From Chrysochromulina tobinii (Eukaryota), in assembly GCA_001275005.1 (NCBI GenBank), contig JWZX01002746.1, forward strand, positions 1 through 41,484: a stretch of DNA of 41,484 nt, read 5' to 3'. Made by a program: the position numbers and the translations under genes. Below, in pieces: positions 9,592 to 19,489 of the stretch; within the stretch, counting starts at the first letter, position 1, and each line of letters opens with the position of its first letter. The notes under the pieces were generated by a model. That model did no database searches. It saw nothing but the letters and a program-made list of their open reading frames with translations, and was not told the origin of the DNA.

Positions 9592-11604
9592 ATGATTAGC
9601 ATCGTCCTCATCATTGCGGGTGGTCTCCTCTATCTATTGCGCGATGACGTCGCAGCATGGATACTGCGCAAAACCAACCTTCAGGCTGACGAATACGCCA
9701 GGGGCGCTGTTTTCCCGATGCGGCACGCGTTCGCATTCGTCGCTGCGGTCGTCGTAGTCCTCGGTAAGGGCCCTGTAGCGCTGTTAACGGACGATGGCAA
9801 GACGATCTTGAAGGTGACACGTGCTGACACTTCATCATTGTACGACGAGGCTCTCGACGCGCTCTACGCGGCAGCCGCGCGCAGCAACCGATGTGCAGTC
9901 CTCTGGCGCGAGCCAGGGCTGCAGCACGCTGATGATGAGCGCGGTCTATTGAGCGCCTTGCAGGACGCGGCGGCTCCCTATCGCGCCAGTGTCGAGGATG
10001 CAAGCGCAGCAGCGGAAGCAAAGCGCCTAGGCGCTGCCGCCGCCGCGTCGCGTCGTAGCGGGCGTAGCGCAGACACGTCCAGCATGGCCTTGCTGCTGCA
10101 CAAGCTCGCGGATGCGCTCGAGAGAGACGCCGCTTTGAACGCACTGGCATCTACCGCCAGCCCACAGGATCTGCGGGTCAGGGTCATGGACAAAGGCGAT
10201 GTCACCGATCGGTACTTTGAGCTGAGTCGGATCGAACCAGACGCAGGCTGGTCGGCGGCGCAGAGGAGCATTGCCGCCGAGGTCGTGCGCGTCGCCGTTG
10301 CTCGCTTCGCCATGCTCGCCGACGACCTTCATGACCGCTTCAGGGCACTGAGCGTGTGGCTAGCCGTTGACGGTGAGCACGGCAGTACTACGCGCAGCCA
10401 CTTCTGTGGGGCAGGCACTGATCCGGAGCTCTCGATCATTGCACGTGTCCTTGCGGACGATCTCGTTCATCTCGAGCCGCGCATCCCCGCCTCGAGCCAC
10501 TTTCCCATCTCTGCTCTCGAGGAGGCATCCACGATGGCCTCCGCCCTCGCTCGCGCCGCCGATCACCATCTCCGTGGCGCACAACACGATGCCTCACGAC
10601 GGCGCTTCGAGGCCAACCGCCGGCGCACCACGGTGCTGCTCGCCGAGGATCTTGGTGGCCTGAGAACGCTCACCGACGAGGCGCAGTACCACCGGGCAGC
10701 GACGCTGCTCGCTCCGATTGAAGTGGCGATCCGTGCCGACCCAAATTGGGAAGCGAGTGTGGACGTGGTGACGCACGCCGGAGGCCCTGCTCTCAAGCTC
10801 ACGTCGATCGTGCGCGTGCAGCTGCTGCTAGCGGTCGCCTACGAGCGCAGCGGGCGCCGCGACGAGGCTCAGGCGCTCCATCAGTTTGGGACCGCTCGTG
10901 CCACGCCACAGCAGTCTGGTGGTAGTAGCGGCTCGACAGGCGGCCTGCGCTCGCTTCATCATGGCGGCGTCGCCCCACTCAAGGGGACGAAGCTGCCGCT
11001 GCGTGCGCACGCCTTTTGGCGACGCGAAGAGCTCTCCGAGGAGGCCCAGGCCCTAGTAGAGGCGCTCGAGGCGCACTGGTCAGCCATCGCTCACGAAGCT
11101 ATGGAGGCCATGAGCATAGGAGCCTTCTTGCTCACCAAGGAGAACCTCGCAGCCAGCGCACGCCAATGGCAAAGCCTCGACCTGCGCCGGCGCGCCGAGC
11201 CGGTCGCCGAGCATTGCCGACTCAGCCCTTCCACGTGCAGCCTACTCGCACAGCATGCGGCCACACTGTCACCCATGGGCCAGGCCAAATTCTCGGCCTT
11301 GATCGGTGGCTCGCACATCTTCCCACACGCGGGGCCTTCCAACGGTAGGCTTCGCGTACACCTCGGACTCTACGTGCCAGAGCACGGATACGTAATCTCC
11401 GTGGACGGTGTGAACGCCACTTGGGTACCTGGGCAGGCGCTCGTGCTGGATGACTCGCTCGTGCATGAGGTCTTTGCCCCGCCGGCGGCGCGCGCTCCGT
11501 CGATGCGCATGATCCTCATTGTCGACATCCATCATCCCGATCTGCAGCCAAGCGAGATGGAGCGGGTGCGTCCGTTTGGCCCTCCACACGCCAGCAGCAA
11601 GTGA
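9592..11604 (+). CDS. Membrane-anchored aspartyl/asparaginyl beta-hydroxylase (Asp_Arg_Hydrox) domain protein
   Basis: C-terminal IFPHAGPSNGRLRVHLGL...LDDSLVHEV...RMILIVDIHHPDL matches the ASPH catalytic motifs (PHTGPTNCRLRMHLGL, DDSFEHEV, RLIFIVDVWHP). Hydrophobic N-terminus. Confidence 0.85.
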   Translation: MISIVLIIAGGLLYLLRDDVAAWILRKTNLQADEYARGAVFPMRHAFAFVAAVVVVLGKGPVALLTDDGKTILKVTRADTSSLYDEALDALYAAAARSNRCAVLWREPGLQHADDERGLLSALQDAAAPYRASVEDASAAAEAKRLGAAAAASRRSGRSADTSSMALLLHKLADALERDAALNALASTASPQDLRVRVMDKGDVTDRYFELSRIEPDAGWSAAQRSIAAEVVRVAVARFAMLADDLHDRFRALSVWLAVDGEHGSTTRSHFCGAGTDPELSIIARVLADDLVHLEPRIPASSHFPISALEEASTMASALARAADHHLRGAQHDASRRRFEANRRRTTVLLAEDLGGLRTLTDEAQYHRAATLLAPIEVAIRADPNWEASVDVVTHAGGPALKLTSIVRVQLLLAVAYERSGRRDEAQALHQFGTARATPQQSGGSSGSTGGLRSLHHGGVAPLKGTKLPLRAHAFWRREELSEEAQALVEALEAHWSAIAHEAMEAMSIGAFLLTKENLAASARQWQSLDLRRRAEPVAEHCRLSPSTCSLLAQHAATLSPMGQAKFSALIGGSHIFPHAGPSNGRLRVHLGLYVPEHGYVISVDGVNATWVPGQALVLDDSLVHEVFAPPAARAPSMRMILIVDIHHPDLQPSEMERVRPFGPPHASSK

Positions 11605-12094
11605 GCGCGTGATGGAGACTCTGCTCACGAGCCATCACGCACAGCCTTCGGAAGCAAGAGCTTGGCCTTGCAAGCACGAGCATGGGCGATGTGTAAGCAC
11701 GACATAACGGACGACTCCGAAGGATATACTGATCAGTCAGTCGGTTATCTCGAGGTCCCTCCCCGCGCTCAATCCAACGCCGGCTCGCAGTCCGGCTCCG
11801 CGCGCTCCTGGGGTCAGACGCAAGTACACTGACTTTCACTGAGCACTCGCTTCCGGGGGCCGATCTAAATTATTAGCTAGTGAGATCGTCCTCTCCCAGC
11901 GGGCAGGGTGCTCCCGGCCGCTCTTCGCCCCGCCCTGTGTATTGACTACACTCGGGGCGCCGGGATTGTCACTTTGGCACTCAGCTGGGGTGTGATACTG
12001 ATAATGTAAGATTACTGTATCGGTGCGGGACGGTGTTTATTTCCGAAATCAAATCGCTGAAAAAACGAAAGCTAGAGGTCTAACGGTAGTCGAA

Positions 12095-15000
12095 TCACCG
12101 CACCTCGTTCACAATCCTCAACGCCACGTCCGTCGGCACCGTCGGTTCCACGTCGTCCACGTCGGCAGCAGTAGCAGCAGCAGCACAGATCTCGTGCCCT
12201 TGGGTGCCGTCGAGTGCCCGCTCGCGCAGCGCCGCAAATTCGGTCGGACCGAGAGCCCTGGCGAGGCTGGCCAGCACGCCGTCTGGCTGGTCGAGCAGTT
12301 CGGCAGGTGGCCCATGCTCGAGCACCTTGCCGCCGCCCATGACGATGATCGAGGTGTAGTCGATCACCGTGCCGAGCCGATGCGCGATGGTGAGCAGCGT
12401 CGTCTTCTTGAACTCGGAGCGAAGGAGCGTTTGGATGGCCTCATCGGAGGCGCCGTCGAGATTCGACGTGGCCTCGTCCAGCACGAGTAGCCGACGCGGG
12501 TGCAGTAGCGCACGCGCAAAGCAGATGAGCTGCCGCTCGCCTGCGGATATGTTGGCGCCGCCATTTTGGACTTCGACGTCGAGCATGGAGCTCGGCAGGC
12601 GCGCACGCGTGACCACGTCACGATGACGCTCGGCTGTTGCGTCGCCAAAGGGGTCCAGATTATGCGCGACCGTCCCCTTGTACAGGATCGGATCTTGGGG
12701 GATGATCGTCGTCGCCTGGCGCGCCCGGGCAAGGCCGAGGTCGAGCAAGTTCACGCCGTCGATCGAGATCGAACCTCCCATCGGCTCCACTATCCGAAAG
12801 AGTGCGATCATGAGGGTGGACTTTCCCGCGCCAGTCCGGCCGACGATGCCCGCGCGCTCACGTGCAGCGAGGCAGAAGGAGACCCGGTCGAGCACCAGCG
12901 GGAGCCCTGGCCGATAGCGCACACACACGTCCCTGAACTCGACGCGGCCCGCCGCCGGCCAGATAGCGTCTCCCGCGGCCGGGTCGGTGGGCTTCGTGCG
13001 TGCCGCCTCTTGCGGCAGATGGAGGAACTCGAGAAGACGCTCAAGGGCCGTCAAGCTCGTGACGCACGCAATGTATAGCTGCGCCACGATGGAAATGTAG
13101 TACGGCACCACGTACGCGTATGTGATCGCAAGGGCGACCAGCGCAGGGCTGTGCTCGTCGCGCGTGGCGATCAGATAGAGTGCCACGCCCAGCGAGAGCA
13201 ACGCCGAGTACGACGCTTGGACCAGACCCCACGAGTTGAGAGCCTTCTGATGGAATGAGAGGCCCGCCCATTCTTCGATGAGCGCCCGCTGCCGCGATCC
13301 AAAGTACTCTTCGAGCTGCATTGCCCGGATCATGGGTGCGCCGTTGCGCAGCTCGGTGAGCGCCGAGAGGATCGGCGAGACCGCATTATTGGCCATCCGC
13401 TTCACCTCTCGGGAGGAGCGACCGGTAGCATCCATCACGAAGCACAAGTAGCCAACCATCAGGACGGCGGGTAGCGCGAGCAAGCCGCCTTGAAACGCGA
13501 CCGAAAGCACGATGCTCACCAGAGCGAAGCCGCCGAGCTGCAAGGTCGCATCGAGCTCGGCCCACATGGTCTGCTCAATGATCTGCAGATCGCCCGTGAA
13601 TCGGCTCATTGTGCGTCCACTCGGGTTAGCATCGTACCACCACATGGGTGCATGGATGAGACGGCGCACCACCTGCCCGTGTAGGGTGCGTGATGCTTCG
13701 ACCGAACCTGAGGCCCATGCGAGCGAGACGGCGAGCAGCAGGATCGCCTGCAGGAGCGAAAGGCCCGAATAGACAAGCATGTAGCGCAGGTTCACCTGAT
13801 GAGGGTTGCAATCAGTGGCGATGAGCGATCAGAGTCGATCAGAGTCGATTAGAGTCGATTAGAGGCGATCGGAGGTGATCAGAGGCGATCAGAGGCGATC
13901 AGAGGCGATCAGAGGCGATCAGAGGAGTCGAAGAGCATTGAGTGTAGGGACACCTCGGTGCTAGCATCCACTCCAATGGCCTCGTCCGTCGAAAGCAAGT
14001 ACAGGGTGTCGTTGGCCATGGCGGTGGTTCCGTTGGATGAGGCGTGGCTATCATGGGCCGAGGGGGGCGCCGAGTCCCTCTGCGCACGCGCCCAAATCGC
14101 AAGGGTCGCGTCTGCGGCCGCCACCACCGTATATGCGGAAACCAGTAGGGTCATGTACAGAAGGAGAGTCGGCGCGCCCATCGCTCGGTAGTAGCGAAGC
14201 ACGAGGCTGCTCCCGAGGGCTCCGCTCGACTTCTTCTCAGCCATGACGACCGACACACGCGGCTCGGCGGTGGTGGACTGGTCTGCGGCGGGCGAGGTTG
14301 AAGTGTTGGCGACCGTGCTGGGCGGCTGAGCGGTGCCGGAGGAGTCTACCGGCGGTGGCAGGGCGGCCGGCGGGGCCGCTTGCACGAGCTCATCGACCCC
14401 GTCGCGCACACCCAACGAGCCGTCCTCGCCTTGGCTAGGTACGATGGACGTCTCTATGAGCTTGCCACCCTCGATGGTGACGCATCGATCAAAGCCCGCG
14501 CCGAGCAGGTGCGGCTGGTTGAGCGACACGAGGGCGGCGCGCTTGCCGCCGGAGGCGTGCACGTAGTGCTTGAGCGTGCCCATTAGCGCTGCGGCTGTGC
14601 GTACATCAACCGCGCTCAAAGGATCGTCCAGCAGCAGCAAAGTCGGCTCCGCGAGCAAGGCGCGCGCAAGGGCCAGCCGCTGCTGCTGCCCGCCTGAGAG
14701 AGTCACGCCGCGCTCACCTACAGTCGTCTCGAGCCTGTCAGGCAGCCGGGTCAAGTCCTGCTCGAGGCAGCACGCATCGACGAGGCGGGCGAGCGTTTCG
14801 TCATTCACGGCGCGACCCATCACGAGATTCTCCCGCAGCGTGCCTGCAATCGGGCACGCTCGCTCGGGTGAGATTTAGGGGTAGGGTATCACGGTTCGAG
14901 ATCGGTTCGAGATCGAAAGTGATCTCTGGAAGCATGCCTGTGATCGTGAACGCGCGCTGCGGCACCATTCCGATGGATGCTGGGCCTCCTAATCGACCGG

Positions 15001-16753
15001 TAAGCGAGATGGCCTCACCCCAGGCGGAGGCAAGCAACGTCGTCTTACCGCTCCCGACCTGCCCCACCAGCGCCACAAGCTCCCCACCATGCACTCTGAG
15101 CTCGACGCCTTGAAGCACCGTCGCCGCGCGCGCCCCAATGGCAACGGTGGCGGCGGTGGAAGCGGCGGCGGCGGGGGTGGCGAAGGAGGCGGCGGCAGGG
15201 GTGGCAACGGCGGCGGCGGGGGGGGGGGCGGCGTGGTTCTGGATTGCTGCTTTGGGATTCGTCTGCACTACTGCTTTGGGATTCTGCGGTGCGGTGGGGG
15301 AGATTTGCCGGTGGCTTTGCCATTTGATTGGCGGCCTGTGGGGTTGACTTGGCGGCCTCAGGCCAGCCAACTGATGCGTTCTCAAAGCTCAGGAGCGCCG
15401 CCGGAGCACCGGAGCGGGCGTTCGCATCCGCCGGTGCAGCATCCAGTAGCATGCCGCGAGGTGGCTGCTCAGGCAGATCGAGAAAGGCGGAGACGCGCCT
15501 TATGGAGACGAAGACAGACACTAGGTTGTTGAATATGATGGGGAGCAGGATGAACGGCAGCCGAAGCGACTGAAAGACGGAGAGGGCGGGAAAGATGACG
15601 GCGGCCTCGAGCTCGTAGAGACGCGAATAGATGATGAAGGTGAGAGCGGCCGCAACCATGGGCGACGCACGCCCGAGCGCTGTTGACGTCACTGATAGCC
15701 GTCGGAAGCGCCGCTGGTGGTGCAGCTCGATCGTTCGTGCCTGCTGCAGACGCGCGAGGTACGCTTCTTCCCACACCTGCAGACGAGTGCCGATTGGTGC
15801 CAAATGAGTGCCGATTCGTGCCGGCCCATGGCAACGTGTGGCGATCATTGGCCATCACAGGCAGAGTCAGTGGCACTCAGTGGCCATCAGAGCGATCCGA
15901 CCCACACCTGCATCTTGACGACCTTGGCTCCCTCCATAATCTCGCGCATGACGTTCACGCGCTGGTCAGCGGCCTTTAGCATGGCCATCTGGACGGCCTT
16001 GCCCTGCTGGGCAATGTGCCGCGTCAGCACGATGACGAGCGTCATCAAGCCGAGCCCGACTAGCCCCACAGGTCCCAGCGTGAGGAGGAGTGCAATCAGC
16101 CCTCCGACGAGCGATGTGAGCGATGCGCCCGCGGTCGGAAGAAGCTTGAGCAGCCCCTCCAAGCGCAGCAGGTCGTTACCCGCGAGCGAGGTCTCGAGCC
16201 CGTCGCGGCCCTCAGCTACGTGCAGTCGCATCAGCTTCGTCGCAATCAGCTGCAGCGCCGCTGCTGTGAAGCGGAGCGGCGCGACCTCGCCTGCGTAGAA
16301 GAGTCCGAGCCCGCGCGTGTAGTTCTCGAGCCAAACGACCACGGCAAGTGCCACAGCAAGCCCGTACGCCAAAGAGACGCTGTACGCGGGCGGCGAGCCA
16401 TCGATGGGCGGCATCGCGCGCAGCAGCTCGCGCAGCAAGAGCGGCCTCACTAGTGTTACGAGGAATCCAGAGAGTCCGCACAAATACTGGCCGAGGAAGA
16501 AAGCGGAGCCCGCAATGGCCCGACCGGGGCCATAAGCAACGTTGGGCCCTCCTCGCCGCCCACGCGAGCGCTCCTCAGTCCAGTCCGCATGTGCATCCGC
16601 ATACATGTCGCCCAGCGGAGTGCTTCGGAAGGCATCCGGCGTGGTGGGAATGTCCGAGCGATGCAGCGGCCGGCGCCATCCGCGTAGCGCGAGTGGACCA
16701 CACCATAGGAAGAGCACCTTGCTGAATGAACCGGCTGTATCGTACGTTGACAT
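12095..16753 (-). CDS. ABCC/MRP-family full-length ABC transporter; exons 16753-15908, 15776-14938, 14843-13954, 13795-12095; one-base frame discrepancy near the G11 run at 15218-15228
   Basis: N-terminal [18 protein letters not shown] (ABCC L0/lasso-like). NBD1 has [13 protein letters not shown] and LLLDD. NBD2 has [20 protein letters not shown] and IAHR. Two TM domains. Joined exons minus one base give 4275 nt (about 1424 aa). Confidence 0.92.
13796..13953 (-). other. GT-AG intron (158 bp) of the ABCC gene
   Basis: GAG|GTGTCC ... CTGATTGCAACCCTCATCAG|GTGAAC, phase 0. It joins ORF 13909-14823 to ORF 12095-13795. Confidence 0.88.
13831..13925. repeat. Intronic 10-bp tandem repeat (AGAGGCGATC)x9+
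   Basis: Nine full, slightly variant copies at 13831-13920 plus partial flanking copies. Confidence 0.95.
14844..14937 (-). other. GC-AG intron (94 bp) of the ABCC gene
   Basis: ACAG|GCATGC ... ATTGCAG|GCACGC. Splicing yields [14 protein letters not shown], the conserved NBD1 segment after the Q-loop. Internal 11-bp repeat CGGTTCGAGAT x2. Confidence 0.85.
15777..15907 (-). other. GT-AG intron (131 bp) of the ABCC gene
   Basis: ATGCAG|GTGTGGGT ... CTGCAG|GTGTGGGA. Splicing gives [14 protein letters not shown], the conserved ABCC G(I/A)KxxKxxxWE motif. Confidence 0.9.
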
Positions 16754-16954
16754 TGCTGGGCTGGGCTCGTCGCGAGGCCGCACCGTCGGTCGGGAGAGCC
16801 GACGACATTATTAGGTCGCGTTCGGAATGATGAGTAACCGCTTCGAAGTTTCAGATCGTCTGGTAGTTTCCTGCTCACCAGTCCAGACGCTTCGTAAAGT
16901 ATCGGGTGACAGACACCATGAAAACTGTGGGGTATTCGGTGTCGCGCTGTGAAA

Positions 16955-17881
16955 ATGCGGTCCGCCTTGTACATGTCGCTGCTTCCGGTCACCGTGGCGT
17001 TCGTGCCCACAAAACCTGCCCTTACGGCACGCGGCTGCGCCAGGGCTCGCACAACGCTTGCGAAAGAGAATCCACTCTTTGGTTTCTTCAAGTCCTTTGA
17101 GCCGGTCGAGGTTGACAGGGATGGCAACGTGGTTGAGAAACCTCCGCCTTCACCTCCTTCGCCCGACACCCGCGACGTAGGCGAGAAGCTCTTCTCGATG
17201 TTCTTTGGCGATCCCCAGCAGGGGGACGTGGCCGGCCTCCGGCGCACCGCGGGTGCACCCGACACATATCCCGCAACCAAGACGGAATTCGCGCTGCCAG
17301 TGGAGGGAGACGATACCGAGATGGCGTTGATCCGACCGCTCCTAAAGAACACGAATCTCGAGCTCCTGCCCCTGCGCCTAGTGTATGACGCGAACAAAGA
17401 CGGTTGGAACGCCGCGTCCTTCCATGGCGGCGTTGACGCCCAGGGCCCGTGTGTCGTCTTATGCAAGACCAAGGGTGGCTGCGTCTGCGGCGGCTACGCA
17501 CCCAAAGGATTCGCGGGCTTCGGCGAATACCGCGGCAGCATCGCGGCGTTCTTGTTCACGTGGCCCGACGGCGACGTTCGCCAGCCCGCAGTCAAGCTGC
17601 AAAAACAGGGCGGTGGGAGCCTCGCTACTATTGATGAGCCTGAGACTGGGCCTCGCTTTGGCGCAGACGGCTTGACAGTCTTCATGAGGCCGGGCAGGGA
17701 GAGGCTGGCCACCTCCAAGCTGGGCCCTTACTACGAGGTCATGCCCGATGGGCGCCGCTCCGTCTTTGGCCCGGGAGACGGCATGACGTGCGAGCTGACT
17801 AGCGTGCGCGCATACGCTGGGTGCTGGCCAGAGGGCGAGCGGATCCCCTTCAATGGCGCGATTCCGTTCGCGCTCGAGTGA
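16955..17881 (+). CDS. TLDc-domain (oxidation resistance family) protein with bipartite plastid-targeting leader
   Basis: LRLVYDANKDGWNAASFHGGVDAQGPCVV...CGGYAPKGF...AFLFTW...GPRFGADGL is a TLDc pattern. The leader MRSALYMSLLPVTVA-FVP is a signal peptide plus the A-F motif of red-lineage secondary plastid import. Confidence 0.88.
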   Translation: MRSALYMSLLPVTVAFVPTKPALTARGCARARTTLAKENPLFGFFKSFEPVEVDRDGNVVEKPPPSPPSPDTRDVGEKLFSMFFGDPQQGDVAGLRRTAGAPDTYPATKTEFALPVEGDDTEMALIRPLLKNTNLELLPLRLVYDANKDGWNAASFHGGVDAQGPCVVLCKTKGGCVCGGYAPKGFAGFGEYRGSIAAFLFTWPDGDVRQPAVKLQKQGGGSLATIDEPETGPRFGADGLTVFMRPGRERLATSKLGPYYEVMPDGRRSVFGPGDGMTCELTSVRAYAGCWPEGERIPFNGAIPFALE

Positions 17882-17934
17882 ATCAAGGTATAATTTGAAA
17901 AGTGCGTCGAGCTCACCGCAACGCACAACACCCT

Positions 17935-18675
17935 TTACTCCGGGAAGGGCAGTGCCCGCGCGACAAGCACAGTCGCGAGTGCGTCTGGCTGAAGGACGTG
18001 CTTACGCCCCCACAGGAAGATATACGTCTTGCCGCCCAGATCGAGCGGCACGAAGCCCTGGGCTGGGTACGGCGAGATGCCTGTGGCAGCGATCGCGGCC
18101 GGGCTCCGGAAGGGTGTGAAGCCCTCGCGCGTCACAAGCTCCGCCACAAGGAAGTCGCGGTCGACCCGGCCGCCCCACATGGTCAGTGTCGAAACCCGCA
18201 GTGACGCGGGCCCGCTGCTGGTCTTGCGACGATAGCTGAGCTCACCCACAATGCGCTCGCAATACCAGGAAAGCGTGGTGCCAGCGCCGATGGTGCCAGT
18301 CACAACGGCCAACAGTGTAGCAGCCTCTGCAATACCGAGGGAGCCCAGGCCGCCACTCGAGACGACTGAATAGGTCGGAAGCAGCACGGCAACGCCAGCC
18401 GTCAGATGCAGGCCCTTGAGCCTGAGCAGAGCGCTCAACGCCTTGACGTGTGCGAAGCGGTACAGACGCGAGCTCTCTTGGCCCGCAGCGCTGCCTGCTG
18501 TCGCAGGAACGCCGGTGGCAGCTTCTGGCTTCGCTGCATCGCGGGGAGCGGCTTCAAGCTTTGTTGCGCCAGAACATAGTGCCCGCCGCGTGATTGTCGG
18601 TTCTGGCGCCGACCGAGCAAAGCACGCCGCGCGCGCGCCGCCGAGCACGCTACAACGCAACCTCATTCGCAGCAT
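17935..18675 (-). CDS. TMEM186: TMEM186-like mitochondrial membrane protein (TMEM70/186/223 family)
   Basis: Arg-rich mitochondrial presequence. LYRFAHVKALSALLRLK, two TM helices, then RIVGELSY...LRVSTLTMWGGRVD, resembling TMEM186 (YRF...RLK; RLVGILY...LRVAHLNFWGWRQD). Confidence 0.72.
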   Translation of the reverse strand: MLRMRLRCSVLGGARAACFARSAPEPTITRRALCSGATKLEAAPRDAAKPEAATGVPATAGSAAGQESSRLYRFAHVKALSALLRLKGLHLTAGVAVLLPTYSVVSSGGLGSLGIAEAATLLAVVTGTIGAGTTLSWYCERIVGELSYRRKTSSGPASLRVSTLTMWGGRVDRDFLVAELVTREGFTPFRSPAAIAATGISPYPAQGFVPLDLGGKTYIFLWGRKHVLQPDALATVLVARALPFPE

Positions 18676-19489
18676 GGAATCGCGTCGTTCTAAGCGCCCG
18701 GTGTGACGCTGATAGCCTTTTCGCTAACACTTCAGGGGGATGTCATAGAAGTGATTTGGTTGGGGTTTCGTCTCACTCCACACTAACCGTTGGAGCCTCT
18801 GGCGACCGAGTGAGCGCCGCCCGCGCACGCACGCACGCCACTCCGGCCGTCCGGCGTCCGGGGCTGGGTCTACATGTAGTGGGTGTGTGTCTGGCCGTAG
18901 GAGAGGGCCCTGAAACGGAACGTGGAACGGGAACTCCTCTGGCGATCGCTCGGCTTTCGAACCGTCTCGCGTCTCGTCAACTACTTCTTGCACCGCAGCA
19001 CAGGATGCAAACTTATGCAAACACGACGAATCAGTGACAATCTGACAAATATGAAATAAAATCGCACCGGATTCGAAGAAACTAAGAAGAAACGCGACGG
19101 CGAGCTCTCGAGGCTCGAAGCCTGCAGGGGGGTCGGCCGAGACGCACGCACAGAGACGGAGACCGACGGCGCCATGCGCGCGATGCGGATCTCAAAAATA
19201 ATCGAATGCTGAACGTTCAACCGTGAACCGTGCTGAACGATCGAGATACGAGAACGAAATCGAATCGGTCGGGTATCAAAACAGCAGTAATACACGAATC
19301 TTGGTCGTTCTAATCTTGACTCGGGCGACATTTCCTGCACACTAGCGGGCGAGAGTCCACATTCGACGCCTTTCCTATCCTTCCTCGGTGTGACGGCACG
19401 ACCTGACAGTGACGACCATCCGGGCCTCGTGCTCGTCACGTCGATCCCTCGGCAAGTGCACGCAGGCATGCCGCCGCGCGCCGCGTGCG

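Noticed and set aside
13831..13925. Regular repeats as a possible CRISPR array
   Set aside because: These are contiguous 10-bp units with no spacers, inside a eukaryotic intron, and there are no cas genes.
18700..19480. Short ORFs (18724-19020, 18981-19493) in the TMEM186-DnaJ gap
   Set aside because: No codon bias or motifs; treated as intergenic/UTR.
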